NCBI GenBank assembly: GCA_029855935.1
Contig: JAGSHN010000005.1
Location: 128,001-192,000 of the forward strand
Source: Candidatus Thorarchaeota archaeon
GTDB taxonomy: Archaea > Asgardarchaeota > Thorarchaeia > Thorarchaeales > Thorarchaeaceae
Direction: 5' to 3'
DNA: 64,000 nt
The notes under the pieces are model-generated. The model was not told the DNA's origin and did not search any database. It saw nothing but the letters and a program-made list of their open reading frames with translations. Made by a program: the position numbers and the translations under genes. The first letter of the stretch is position 1; each line of letters begins with the position of its first letter. Below are positions 28,665-39,498 of this stretch, in pieces.

Positions 28665-31600
28665 AAGAAGTCCGTCAGAGCCGTCTGTTTCGACACGAAG
28701 AGAGAGTCTAGGGAGGCCTCCATCAGACGTACGCGTTCGCGGAGGTAGTTGCTGAGGTCGTATTCGTCCAACATTCTCTTTGCAATGTCAAGATACTTGG
28801 ATATGTTGCGTTCGCGGACCGTAAGGGATAGGCTTGCTCCACAGACGCATTTTCCTGAGAGAGGAACTCTTCGGTAGACTCTGTGGCATCTCAGGCACTG
28901 TATCTTCTGAGTGGAGTAAGCACGGAGATTGCCTCGAATGTCGCGGATGAAGTGGTGGGAGAGAACGCGCTCGGCCACATCCCTTGCGTCCACCGCAGCA
29001 ATGAGCTTTGCAATCTTCAACTGGGCCTCGAGCTTCTCGGCCATAGTACCGAGAACCTTGTACCTCGTGGTTTCTGGACCGGAATTGATGTTCGAGGTGC
29101 CGTGTGTGAACGCGAAACCCTCATACTGCGCAGCAGTCCCAAGACGCCTAGCCAGTATGTCTACAAGACGTTCCACGTCCTTTGGGCTACCACCGCGTGC
29201 GGCCATGTCATAAAACTCGGCGGGATACCGACCGCACACCTCCATGTTGTGACTCTCGTCATCCACCTCCGCAGGATTCAATATCACAGAGAGAACGAGA
29301 GGCGCATCCATAAAACCTCCGCGTCCCGCAGGGAGAAAGTGCTTCGAGAAATTGAGGAGCGCATCGAGTACCAGAATTACCGCATCCTCGTCACCATCGC
29401 AGTTTCGACGCTTGGCCGCGTGCCAGTATGGATGCGCATAGCATACACTGGCACTGGTAAAGCCGATTACCCGCCCTATGATTCCAGCCGATGTATGTGG
29501 AGCAAGACCAATTACAAGATGCCCCACAACATCGTCGCGTTTCTTGAACTTGTAGTACCGTGACATATTGTAGATCTTCTCTAGACAGTCGTCGACAAAC
29601 TTGCCCACTCGTACAAGGTAATCTGCACAGTTCTCAGGAACAACAATGTCCTGCACTTTCAGTTCTAGAACTTGATCCTCCGATGTTAGTGGCATGCCTT
29701 GGTAGTCCGTATGATATCCGAGACCGCGCAAACGTTCAACGGATACACCAATCTCTCGTGGCGTAAAATGAGTGAGTGGAGCATCTGTCGCGTCAAAGCG
29801 CGCAGTACCGTCTCGGTAGGAGTAGACTCCGTGCTTCGCTCTCAGAATTCCCTTACCGATATACTCGGGAATCTTGAAACTGCTGGTCAGTCCAAGAACA
29901 CCACGAACACCATACGTCTGTGTTTCGCCAATCTCGGACTTGACACGTTCGAGTAGTTCTCGCATGTCTATACTGTACGTTCTGGTCGCCTTGACGAGGT
30001 TGACATCGTGACCCAATGGGCACATTCCGGTCTTCGGATCCACAGGGCGACCACAGTCCTCATACGAACAGTAACGTATGATGTCGGTATGCGAGCCACA
30101 CTCGGGACATCGCGACTCGAAGGTGTTGTGATGGCAGGTGGGACATAAGCGATTGACCATCTCAACAGTTATCCCACGTGAGGCAGTGTCCAAAGAGTGA
30201 CCGGATCCATCCTCAGTGAGTACAGCTGAGGAGGAGTTTACACTCATTCCCTCGGCCACACGCTCCAGAGAGCGCTCACTCCCCATCTCTCTGCCAACTG
30301 GAAAGAGTACTTGGACAGGGGGATGCATGCGACGTTCTTCGGCTTTCTCCGGACGACCCATACGGGCACCTATTGAAACACCAAGCTTGTCACGAAGTGG
30401 AACCTCGGACACAGAGTTTAGGAGAGCAACCGCAGAGTCGCCAGAAGGGGTCGCCTCCGGCGAGCCTAGCTGAGCAAGGATTGTCACGGGGCTGTCTGCA
30501 AGAGTCAGATGCGCATGTGTTGGGATGTGTGGAATGCCCGCACGTTCTAATAGGGACTTGAAGTACTGATCGGATGGGATGACAATATGCTTAGCATCCT
30601 TGACCTCTAGTATCTCCATATTGGATAGTATCCAGTTTCTCAGCTCCATGACCTCTTCAGCGGAGAGGGCTTGCCAGCGATAGAGGTAGGAGGGGTGTAG
30701 TGGCACTCCGAAGACCTTTGAGAGAGCAACGGCCTGCTCGGGGGTAGGAGTGTGCGATAGAGGCAACTTGATGAACTGATCAAGAAGTTGTGCGGTCACT
30801 CCACACTTCGTCAATCGTCCTGCCAGTTCACGCTCAGGAACCGAACTCACAGCCCTCTCAAGATCGTGTGACCACCACTCCTCACAATACCCAATGGGCA
30901 CTAGCGGATGATTGTTCTCTATGAACTCTCCAACCGCCACTAGAATGTCACCAAGATAGAGAATCTTGGCAACACGGTCACGCACCTCAAGTGCTCTCTT
31001 GACAGTGGATATCTGTTCGACACTGCCATCATCCAGTAGCACTATCGGCCCTTCAATGGAGTCCACGGGCGCAGCAATAGAGCCCTTGCCAGGGCGTTCA
31101 GTGCGAATGTGCGTTCCCGGCGCCAAGAACTCGTCAACAAGATACATCGTGGCGGGGTGGATTCCGACACCAGCGAGGCCAGTGTTTCTGGATCGGCCAT
31201 AGCGGAGCCTAAAACCCCCTGTGCGGGAGGGGTGCGAGAATACGGGTCGTCCACCTATGACATCCTCAAGATACTCGGTCTTGGGCGCAATTGCCTTAGC
31301 GATATCATCACCAGTCTCTGCCTGCTTTGCCTTTGATGTTTTCTTCACAAGGTCCTCAAGCCATTCCCAACCCGGAATGTTGATTCTGCTCACTATGCGG
31401 GCGAGCTTCGCAGCTCGGCCGACCACTCCATCATTCAGAACAAGGACCATCCCGCTCCGTACACGGTTGGTCTCTATCCGGGGCAGGTCGCGGGTCCCTG
31501 ATACCTCAAAATCCTCGGTCGGTTCGCCAGTGAGCATTATGGGAAGATGGGATGCAGCGTAGCGAATCAGCTCTGGTTGTACAGAGTATTGTAGATGGAC

Positions 31601-32197
31601 GGCACGTGCGTACAGCTCGACCTCCTCTAGGGCACGCTCGACCTCCTCGGGTGTCGACTTTAGCGCAGGGAGACCTAGAACCTGCCGGACGTAATCTGTG
31701 ACCAAAACAGTCATTGCGGCCTCGGTGCCACCTGCAGCGCGAATGGGACCTGCAAGATAGAGCGCTAGGTATCGCTCGTCACCGGACCCGCGGATGCGTA
31801 CCTTTGCTATGCCCTCAAGAGGGGCTGCTGTGATGCTCTCCGTCAGAATTGAGAGAGCGACACGGACAGCCTTGTCGGCGGCCTTCTCAGGATCGGCGAT
31901 ATCGCCCAGCGTCCCCTGCGCAATCTCCTTGGCAATCTGGAACGCCACCTCTTCACGTGACATCTTGCTCTGGAGCTCGCGAATACGTGCGGCAACACCT
32001 TGTGGCCCCTCCAGCGTTGCCTCTACACGGGCGGCCACATCGTGAGCATGCGGAATCTCCACGCGTCGTACAGGATCAACCCCCACAGCGCGTGCTCTCT
32101 CCGCAATGTGGTATATCCGCTGCACCTCCTCACTTAGCTTCTGAAAGTAGAGCGCATACGCTGGACTATGCTCCGGAAGAGTGTGTTCTACCGCCAT
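28661..32197 (-). CDS. polC: DNA polymerase D large subunit DP2
   Basis: GPIRAAGGT, GFRLRYGRSRNTG, HAAKRRNCDGDED, terminal PIP-like QTALTDFF. Confidence 0.96.
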   Translation of the reverse strand: MAVEHTLPEHSPAYALYFQKLSEEVQRIYHIAERARAVGVDPVRRVEIPHAHDVAARVEATLEGPQGVAARIRELQSKMSREEVAFQIAKEIAQGTLGDIADPEKAADKAVRVALSILTESITAAPLEGIAKVRIRGSGDERYLALYLAGPIRAAGGTEAAMTVLVTDYVRQVLGLPALKSTPEEVERALEEVELYARAVHLQYSVQPELIRYAASHLPIMLTGEPTEDFEVSGTRDLPRIETNRVRSGMVLVLNDGVVGRAAKLARIVSRINIPGWEWLEDLVKKTSKAKQAETGDDIAKAIAPKTEYLEDVIGGRPVFSHPSRTGGFRLRYGRSRNTGLAGVGIHPATMYLVDEFLAPGTHIRTERPGKGSIAAPVDSIEGPIVLLDDGSVEQISTVKRALEVRDRVAKILYLGDILVAVGEFIENNHPLVPIGYCEEWWSHDLERAVSSVPERELAGRLTKCGVTAQLLDQFIKLPLSHTPTPEQAVALSKVFGVPLHPSYLYRWQALSAEEVMELRNWILSNMEILEVKDAKHIVIPSDQYFKSLLERAGIPHIPTHAHLTLADSPVTILAQLGSPEATPSGDSAVALLNSVSEVPLRDKLGVSIGARMGRPEKAEERRMHPPVQVLFPVGREMGSERSLERVAEGMSVNSSSAVLTEDGSGHSLDTASRGITVEMVNRLCPTCHHNTFESRCPECGSHTDIIRYCSYEDCGRPVDPKTGMCPLGHDVNLVKATRTYSIDMRELLERVKSEIGETQTYGVRGVLGLTSSFKIPEYIGKGILRAKHGVYSYRDGTARFDATDAPLTHFTPREIGVSVERLRGLGYHTDYQGMPLTSEDQVLELKVQDIVVPENCADYLVRVGKFVDDCLEKIYNMSRYYKFKKRDDVVGHLVIGLAPHTSAGIIGRVIGFTSASVCYAHPYWHAAKRRNCDGDEDAVILVLDALLNFSKHFLPAGRGGFMDAPLVLSVILNPAEVDDESHNMEVCGRYPAEFYDMAARGGSPKDVERLVDILARRLGTAAQYEGFAFTHGTSNINSGPETTRYKVLGTMAEKLEAQLKIAKLIAAVDARDVAERVLSHHFIRDIRGNLRAYSTQKIQCLRCHRVYRRVPLSGKCVCGASLSLTVRERNISKYLDIAKRMLDEYDLSNYLRERVRLMEASLDSLFVSKQTALTDFF

Positions 32198-32415
32198 CTC
32201 CGTCCAATAGAAGATGCCTTTGCCCGCTTTTGAGTGTTGAGATACAAGGCGGCAGAAGAGAGTGCCTCAGCGACCTTCATGCGCATAGTCAATGGTCGCA
32301 TAATGCGTGAGGAAGATTGCGTCAGGCCAACATAGCTCTGAACCACCGAGCAGTGACACTTTAAGGGTCATTGTACAACAGAGAGGCAGAGTCGAATTGA
32401 GAGGATGAACTGTAG

Positions 32416-34179
32416 TTGCTCACGCTAGAGGAAACAATTCAATTGATTCTCAAGAACAGGACGGACTTGGATCGCAAGGCAGTCATGGAGATGATAGAAC
32501 AGAAGCGCCAACAGATGGGGCCCGAGTTAGTGAACGAGGAGTCTGCCGCAATGATTGTGGCGCGCGACTTGGGTATCGACCTCCACCAGATAACAGCGAG
32601 ACCGCGCATGAAGATTGAGGACATCACGGAGGGGAGCAGAAGTGTCACTCTTACTGCGAAGGTGGTTGGAGTGGACACCGTGAGGGAGTTCTCCAGGAGT
32701 GGAGGAGGGACTGGCAGGGTCGCAAGTATCACTGTGGCCGACGACACGGGAAGAATAAGGGTCGTTCTATGGGACGAAACGACAAGACTTGTTTCAGATG
32801 GCCTGGTGACCGTAGGATCGTGGGTCCAGATACGGAACGCCTATGTAAAACAGGGATTGAGGGGCGCACTTGAGCTGAACATCGGACGAATGGGAGGAAT
32901 AAGGGCTCTTGAGGATTACGAGATTGAGGAACTCGACATCGAAGTCGCCGATGCTGAAACCGTCAAGCTGGGAGAACTCAGGGAGAATATGTACGACGTC
33001 GTTGTGGTCTTCGCGGTTCAGAGAGTATTTGGGCTATCCACGTTCACTAGGAAGTCAGATGGCAGTGAGGGAAAGGTGCTCAGCCTGATTGGCGCGGATG
33101 AAACAGGATCCGCGCGCATAGTATTCTGGGACGATCAAGCGGAGCAGATGAGAGATGTCGAGGAGGGTGAGGTGATACGACTCTCGGGAGCATACACAAG
33201 AAAGGGCAGATACGGCGACATAGAGGTACATGCCGGAAGATCGTCGCGGATTGACAGAGGACTGGACCAGAAGATTGAGGCCGTTGAAACTCCATCCGCG
33301 AAGTTCCAAGAGATGGGGCTACAGCCAATCAAGAGCCTCTCCATTGAGATGAGGGACGTGGATATCGAGGGTAAAGTGCTCAAGATATTCCCCGCGACCA
33401 CCTTTCAGAGAGAAAATGGAGAGGGGCGGGTTCAAAATATTCTCGTCACAGATGGCACGGGCACTGTCAGAGTGACATTCTGGAATGACGATGTCGACAA
33501 AGTGAAAGACCTACATGAAGGCGACATCATAAGAATCAGACATGGCTATATCAAGGAGGGGTTCAGGGGAGGAGTGGACTTTCAGGTGGGTCGAAGAGCC
33601 GAGATTGAGATAAATCCAAGAGGGACTGGCCTTGAGAACCTGGATTTGAGTCAGGTCGATCTCGTTCCCACCACCTTGGGAAACCGAGTGCAGATCGCAA
33701 AGATTGACGAGAGCATGGAGGGTAAGAGTGTGGAGATAAGCGGCCTAATAATGACCGTTTCGCGGAGGAGCCCAATCTACGCAGCCTGTCCCAACTGTAA
33801 GAAGAAGGTTGAGGAGGATGCACAGGGATACACCTGTCCAGTCTGTGGCCCAGTTCCTCAGCCAGAGTACCGTATGCTGTACAAGGTGACAATAGACGAC
33901 GGGACCAGTTCAATTCCGGTGACGCTCTTCGGACAGACTGCCGAGGAGTTGTTGGGCATGACTGCAGCAGAGGCGCATGAACTCATCACGAGGAGTGGGA
34001 AGGAGAGCGAGCCATTCGACAGGAACTCCCATCGAATGCTTGGAGTGCGCGTAGCAGTCAGAGGTAGAGTGACAAGGTTTCGAGACTCGTTGGAGATCGC
34101 CGCCTCATCCCTAGCGTTTCCCGACATCATAAGAGAGATAGAGAGAGAACGAGAGAGGATTGGACAGCTCATGAGGTGA
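32416..34179 (+). CDS. rpa: Replication protein A large subunit (multiple OB folds plus Zn finger)
   Basis: Four DxTG/DGT-type OB repeats; YAACPNCKKKV..CPVCG. Confidence 0.88.
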   Translation: MLTLEETIQLILKNRTDLDRKAVMEMIEQKRQQMGPELVNEESAAMIVARDLGIDLHQITARPRMKIEDITEGSRSVTLTAKVVGVDTVREFSRSGGGTGRVASITVADDTGRIRVVLWDETTRLVSDGLVTVGSWVQIRNAYVKQGLRGALELNIGRMGGIRALEDYEIEELDIEVADAETVKLGELRENMYDVVVVFAVQRVFGLSTFTRKSDGSEGKVLSLIGADETGSARIVFWDDQAEQMRDVEEGEVIRLSGAYTRKGRYGDIEVHAGRSSRIDRGLDQKIEAVETPSAKFQEMGLQPIKSLSIEMRDVDIEGKVLKIFPATTFQRENGEGRVQNILVTDGTGTVRVTFWNDDVDKVKDLHEGDIIRIRHGYIKEGFRGGVDFQVGRRAEIEINPRGTGLENLDLSQVDLVPTTLGNRVQIAKIDESMEGKSVEISGLIMTVSRRSPIYAACPNCKKKVEEDAQGYTCPVCGPVPQPEYRMLYKVTIDDGTSSIPVTLFGQTAEELLGMTAAEAHELITRSGKESEPFDRNSHRMLGVRVAVRGRVTRFRDSLEIAASSLAFPDIIREIERERERIGQLMR

Positions 34180-34275
34180 CGGACTGGATTCTCCTGTCAG
34201 CCACGACGACCCCGAGCAGAGAACGACTGGTGATGGCGGGGACTACATAGTCGGAGTGTAAAGATATCTCTAGCA

Positions 34276-35523
34276 TCACCTACTGGCCTCGACTAGGGAC
34301 TGCAGACCCTCCAGAAAGACATCAACATCGTGCTGGTTATTATAGAGGTAGAAGCTCGCACGCGCCGTGCCTACAGTCGGAGGTATTCCTTCTTGATAGT
34401 GGAACGGGTGGGCACAATGAGCCCCCGACCTTACCATCACCGCAAACTCGTCATTGAGAAACGTTGCAACATCGTGGGCCGAGCCCACCGTGTCTACTCC
34501 GAATGTCACGAGACCAGTACGCACGTCGACATCGGTGGAACCTAGGATGTGCACGTGATCCATCTCCTTCATGCTCTTCAGTGCTCTCGCCAGCAGTCTT
34601 CGTTCGTGCCTCTCAATCTCATGCATCCCTATTGACAAGAGGTAGTCGGCAGCGGCACCAGCACCAATCGCACCCGCATAGTTCTGGAGACCCGCCTCAA
34701 ACTTCTCCGGAGGCGGGAGATACTCGGGGATTATCCGACCATTCTCATATCGGACGTCAGCCACTGTGTCGCCACCCGTGAGAAACATGTCCATTGACTT
34801 GAGATGCTCAATCTTCCCGTAGAGAAGGCCCATTCCACTCGGACCACACATCTTGTGAACAGACAGCGCTGAGAAGTCAACATCCAATGCCTGTACGTCC
34901 AATGGATGGTGTGGGGCATACTGAGCATCATCTGAAACAACAATGGCGCCTCGGTCGTGAGCTATCTCCACAATCTCGCGCAAAGGTGCCACAGTGCCTG
35001 TGACATTTGAGGAGTGGACGACGGAAACGATCTTAGTCTTACTGTCAATCGCCTCTTTCCAACGCTCTATGTCAAAGGTGCCATCACTACGAGCGGGGAC
35101 TATCTCAATCCCGAGGCCATCTCGCCGTGCTCGTTCTACGAAGGGTAAGGAACCACTGTGATGCTCCAAGGAAGTTGTCACAATCTTTGACCCCTGGGGC
35201 AGGGGGAATGAGCGAGCCACTATGTTGAGGGCTTCAGTGGCATTGCGAGTCCAGATACATTCATCCTCGCGTGTGGCATTGATGAAAGAGGCCATCTTCC
35301 TTCGGGCCTCCGCATAGGCGGCGGAAACCTCTTTCCCCAATGTATGGATACTGCGTCCTCCGCAAGCGGGAAACCTCAGATAGTATTCGTTCATCGCATC
35401 TATGACCTGCTGTGGCTTGAGGGACATGCAGGCGCTATCCAAGTACACGATTGGCCTGCCGTTGATCTTGCGTTTCAACGCAGGAAAATCGTCGCGTATC
35501 TGATTCCAATCGACCATGGTCAC
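34276..35523 (-). CDS. sufS: Cysteine desulfurase (SufS-like class V PLP enzyme)
   Basis: YLDSAC, EHHS, SVHKMCGPSG, RSGAHCA, RASFYLYN. Confidence 0.88.
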   Translation of the reverse strand: MTMVDWNQIRDDFPALKRKINGRPIVYLDSACMSLKPQQVIDAMNEYYLRFPACGGRSIHTLGKEVSAAYAEARRKMASFINATREDECIWTRNATEALNIVARSFPLPQGSKIVTTSLEHHSGSLPFVERARRDGLGIEIVPARSDGTFDIERWKEAIDSKTKIVSVVHSSNVTGTVAPLREIVEIAHDRGAIVVSDDAQYAPHHPLDVQALDVDFSALSVHKMCGPSGMGLLYGKIEHLKSMDMFLTGGDTVADVRYENGRIIPEYLPPPEKFEAGLQNYAGAIGAGAAADYLLSIGMHEIERHERRLLARALKSMKEMDHVHILGSTDVDVRTGLVTFGVDTVGSAHDVATFLNDEFAVMVRSGAHCAHPFHYQEGIPPTVGTARASFYLYNNQHDVDVFLEGLQSLVEASR

Positions 35524-35754
35524 TTACCTCACTATCGACCAGCGGTAGCCACCCTTGCCGAACCGCTTCGTTATCAGACCAAGTGATACCAGTTCATTTG
35601 CCGCTGCAACAAAGGCGTCACCACCAGCACAGTCCGTACAGACCTCTGCAAATTCGGGACGCCGTGCCATCTCGAGAATCTCCGAGGTGGTGAGCGAACC
35701 GGCAGTTTCGAGAATCTTGAGTACACACTGGGCATTCCTAGACAGGTCGGACAT
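35524..35754 (-). CDS. Small winged-helix-like protein with CxxC, abutting sufS
   Basis: 76 aa; helix-helix-CTDC-helix plus LVSLGLI and beta-wing; stop directly precedes sufS start. Confidence 0.6.
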   Translation of the reverse strand: MSDLSRNAQCVLKILETAGSLTTSEILEMARRPEFAEVCTDCAGGDAFVAAANELVSLGLITKRFGKGGYRWSIVR

Positions 35755-35919
35755 CTTGGAATGCCACGGGCCAAACAACAATATGAAGACTTCTGTCGAG
35801 CCAATGTCGATAGGCATTCTCGTTACCGAACAAAATCCTTAAATGAATGCCAGAGTGCGCAATAATGCTCCTTCTTGCAGGGCCCTCTGAACTTGTGGAA
35901 AATAGATAAGGTGAAGGAA

Positions 35920-36174
35920 TTGGGAAGACGACGACGACAAAAGGTCATTAGACGACCTCAGAAGAAGATCCCAGATGTGTATCCGTGCCCAGAGTGTGGT
36001 AACACAGCAATCAAGATTGAGCTGTACAAGGATAACAAGGTGGCACTCGTCAAGTGTGGCTCCTGTGGACTTGAAACGCTGATTGACGAGGTGACCCCTC
36101 TGACTGAAGCAGTCGATGTGTATGGAACATTCATCGACAGGTACTATGAGGAGAGGCGACTCACGACCACATAG
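35920..36174 (+). CDS. elf1: Transcription elongation factor Elf1
   Basis: GRRRR, CPECG, CGSCG, EAVDVYGTFID; TTG start. Confidence 0.9.
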   Translation: MGRRRRQKVIRRPQKKIPDVYPCPECGNTAIKIELYKDNKVALVKCGSCGLETLIDEVTPLTEAVDVYGTFIDRYYEERRLTTT

Positions 36175-36256
36175 GCACAGGGCGCACAGATAGAGTAGCC
36201 CAACGAAGTTAGCAACCGTTATAAGAGGACAGCAATCTCGCAGGAAACGATCTCCA

Positions 36257-36373
36257 ATGCAGGCTGAAGTCACAACACAAATCTTGAGCATTATTCTGAC
36301 GGCTCTAGGTATCATTGCCCTGCTACTGATTCTAGGATACTCCATCTACGGCGAGGAGGAGGCACAGGAGTAA
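36257..36373 (+). CDS. 38-aa single-TM microprotein, OST4-like (not in ORF track)
   Basis: MQAEVTTQILSIILTALGIIALLLILGYSIYGEEEAQE; TTATAA at 36219-36224. Confidence 0.6.
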   Translation: MQAEVTTQILSIILTALGIIALLLILGYSIYGEEEAQE

Positions 36374-36406
36374 TACAAGAGAAGAGTAGGTGGGGGCTCG
36401 CCATCC

Positions 36407-36652
36407 TTGTGGTCGGAGATCGCAAGTGTGGTCAATAGATCATTCGAGCAGGCGGCCGCGCATCTGGCGAACTTGGGACCAGTGAGAAACATTATCGATG
36501 ACCTACTCAAAGAGAGTCGGTCCATAGAGGGGTTTCTCGCTCGGCTGGAGGAATACGAGCGCACAGGCCAGGATGTAACAATCAGAACAGACATCCGCAT
36601 CCTCATCAATGAGATAAGACACATAATGGCGCAGCGGAAGGCAACAAGATGA
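36407..36652 (+). CDS. Hypothetical helical protein coupled to lhr
   Basis: 81-aa ORF with ATGA overlap into lhr. Confidence 0.6.
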   Translation: MWSEIASVVNRSFEQAAAHLANLGPVRNIIDDLLKESRSIEGFLARLEEYERTGQDVTIRTDIRILINEIRHIMAQRKATR

Positions 36653-39498
36653 CCTCGGCGTTTGGCCGCTTGAGTAGCGAGATTGTCGAGTACATATCGA
36701 GTGAGGGGATTAGTGAGCCGACGCCAATCCAAGAAACCGCAATTCCGCAGATTCTTGACTCAGACGACTGTTTCCTGCTCTCGGCACCTACTGGAACTGG
36801 AAAGACCGAGGCCGCGCTACTGCCTCTGCTTCACAAGCTATCCGCGAGGATAGAGAAGGACGGAGGCATCTTTGGAATAGCGATACTCTACATAACACCG
36901 CTCAAGGCCCTGAATAGAGATGTGTTCAAGAGAGTAAGGGGGCTCTGCGAACATCTAGGGGTCGGAATAGATGTCAGGCATGGAGACACGACCGCCTATG
37001 CCAGAAGAAAGCAAGCACTCTATCCTCCCAACCTGATGGTCACAACCCCCGAAACCCTTCAGGCAATCCTCCCGGGAAAACGAATGCGCTTTAATCTGCG
37101 CAGTGTCACGGCGGTTGTAGTAGATGAGGTTCATGAGATTGCAGGGAGCAAGAGAGGGGTCCAGCTTGCTGTCGCACTGGAACGACTTGAGCATCTAGTA
37201 GGGCGGCCAGTGCAGCGGGTCGGACTCTCGGCGACTGTTGGAAATACGCGAGAGGTCGCCAGACTCGTGGGAGGTGTAGGAAGACCAGTCAAGATGCTCT
37301 GGGCGGGATATGCCACCAGAGATCTGTCAATGAGAGTAGAGATGCCAGTTCCGACCGACAAACATCATCTGCTCGCCAAGCGATTGGCCTACCCTGCACA
37401 CCCCATATCACGTCTCGATAGAATCAGGGAGCTAGTGGAGGGACACGAGAGCACGATAGTATTTGCGAATACACGGTCACTGGCCGAAACTATGGGGGCG
37501 AAACTAAGGCTTCTGGCGCCCTCACTGGAGTTCGAGGTCCATCATGGATCGCTCTCTAAGGATGCACGCCTTGCGGCAGAACACCGTCTAAGAGAGGGAG
37601 AGATAAGAGCGATTATTGCCACATCAAGCCTGGAACTGGGTATAGACATCGGCCAGGTCGATCTTGTGATTCAATATGGCAGCCCCCGAAACACATCTAG
37701 GGCGGTTCAGCGGGTTGGAAGGGCAGGTCATAGAGTTGGAGGTAAGTCAGAGGGGGTGATCATTGCCACAGTCAACCTAGATGATGTCACGGAGTCGGGG
37801 GTGATACTCCGAAGAGCACGGGCGAACAGAATCGAGAGAACGCACGTGTTACGCAGGGCATGGGACGTATTGGCACACCAGGTGGCAGGCATTGTTCTAG
37901 AGCATAGAGCTATAGATGTCAGAACGATACTTCAGATTGTCAGAAAGGCGAGCCCCTTCAGAAACGTTTCAATGGCCGAACTGAATAGAATCATCGATTT
38001 CCTAGCCAAGCGAGGTATGCTGCGTCGAAACGAGTATGAGGTCAAGATGGGACCGCGCACCCGAGCGTACTACTATGAGGGGCTGAGCACAATTCCTGAT
38101 GTCCAGCAAGTTATGGTTGTCGACAGCATCACACGATCCAGCATCGGAGTGCTGGACGAAGAATATGTGCGCGAGTATATTGACACAGGGTCGACTTTCG
38201 TGATACGTGGACGCCCGTATGTTGTTGTTTCAGTCGACGACGAAGAGGTACTGTGTCAACCAATCGTTGGGACTGACCCCACCGCACCGCGTTGGATTGG
38301 TGAGATGATACCTGTTCCATTCGAGGTCGCATGTGAGGTTGCGGACCTGTGGAATAAGGCTGCAGAGAGGAACGAGAGAGAAGTTCGCAGAGACATCAAG
38401 AAGAGATACTGCCTAGAGGATGCTGCGGTGGGCTTTCTTCTGAGGGAGAGTAGGAGGGCCAGAGAGGAGCTGGGATGCCTGCCCTCAAAACGCAGGATTG
38501 TGATAGAACAGTTTCCGAGTGGTACTGTGATCCACGCCCCCCTTGGAACTCAAGGTAATGAAACTCTCGGGCTGATCGTGGCGGCAGTCCTTACAACGCG
38601 GATTGGCTCTGAGATTTTGGTCGAACACGACCCCTACAGAATCCTCCTCGTATCGAGGGGCACCGTCGATGCGCAGGCCGTCAAGAGTATTCTTCGCACC
38701 TATGATCGAGAACAAATCAATGTGGTTCTTCGACTGGCACTCAAGAACACACAGACCTTTGCATCAAGATTCGTACAAGTGGCCCGGAGAATGGGGATAG
38801 TCAAGAGAAACGCAAGGCTGCGTGACATTCCGGTAGGGAGGCTGATCGAGAGCTACGTGGACAGTCCTGTGTTCGAGGAGGCTATGGAGGAAGTGTTGTC
38901 CGAAAAGATGGACCCTATGCTGATTGGAAACGTGATCGACCGTGTCCGAGAGGGTACTGTTGAGATTACTACGGTCAGAACCGAGAAACCCTCAACTCTG
39001 GCAAGGCTGATAGTCGAGCACAAGACTCGATTCGAAATGATCACAGAGGTCACTGGCGAAGAGGATGTCCTGCGCCTCCTTGAGGAGCGACTGCTATCAA
39101 GACGGATGAGATTGGTGTGTATGAGGGGGGACTGGGAGAGCATAAGAACGGTGTCCACCTTGGACGACACCGTCAGATGTACGAGATGTGGGTCGACACT
39201 CGTTGCGGTGACCAACACCACAGACAAGGACTTGAAACAGCTGATTGCACGAGTGCAGAGGGGAGAGAGTCTCACTAGAAACGAGAGGAGAAGATACGAA
39301 CGGGCCGCACTGTCATCTAGCTTGGTGGCAACATACGGCAAGGTTGCGGTAATGGTATTGGCTGGACGCGGAATAGGACCAGAAACAGCATCAAGGATTC
39401 TCAGGCCGGGAAATGTAGAGCACCGATTGACTCTTTTGAGGGCGGTGGCAAGAGCAGAGAGAGACTATGCACGAACCCATCAGTACTGGGCCAGATGA
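36649..39498 (+). CDS. lhr: Lhr-family SF2 helicase
   Basis: APTGTGKT, YITPLKALN, DEVH, SAT, HHGSLS, SLELGID, QRVGRAGH; C-terminal Zn finger. Confidence 0.92.
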   Translation: MTSAFGRLSSEIVEYISSEGISEPTPIQETAIPQILDSDDCFLLSAPTGTGKTEAALLPLLHKLSARIEKDGGIFGIAILYITPLKALNRDVFKRVRGLCEHLGVGIDVRHGDTTAYARRKQALYPPNLMVTTPETLQAILPGKRMRFNLRSVTAVVVDEVHEIAGSKRGVQLAVALERLEHLVGRPVQRVGLSATVGNTREVARLVGGVGRPVKMLWAGYATRDLSMRVEMPVPTDKHHLLAKRLAYPAHPISRLDRIRELVEGHESTIVFANTRSLAETMGAKLRLLAPSLEFEVHHGSLSKDARLAAEHRLREGEIRAIIATSSLELGIDIGQVDLVIQYGSPRNTSRAVQRVGRAGHRVGGKSEGVIIATVNLDDVTESGVILRRARANRIERTHVLRRAWDVLAHQVAGIVLEHRAIDVRTILQIVRKASPFRNVSMAELNRIIDFLAKRGMLRRNEYEVKMGPRTRAYYYEGLSTIPDVQQVMVVDSITRSSIGVLDEEYVREYIDTGSTFVIRGRPYVVVSVDDEEVLCQPIVGTDPTAPRWIGEMIPVPFEVACEVADLWNKAAERNEREVRRDIKKRYCLEDAAVGFLLRESRRAREELGCLPSKRRIVIEQFPSGTVIHAPLGTQGNETLGLIVAAVLTTRIGSEILVEHDPYRILLVSRGTVDAQAVKSILRTYDREQINVVLRLALKNTQTFASRFVQVARRMGIVKRNARLRDIPVGRLIESYVDSPVFEEAMEEVLSEKMDPMLIGNVIDRVREGTVEITTVRTEKPSTLARLIVEHKTRFEMITEVTGEEDVLRLLEERLLSRRMRLVCMRGDWESIRTVSTLDDTVRCTRCGSTLVAVTNTTDKDLKQLIARVQRGESLTRNERRRYERAALSSSLVATYGKVAVMVLAGRGIGPETASRILRPGNVEHRLTLLRAVARAERDYARTHQYWAR

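Noticed and set aside
28661-32197. Intein in DP2 (also checked Rpo1, infB, lhr, topA)
   Set aside because: Lengths are normal and conserved motifs such as HAAKRRNCDGDED are uninterrupted
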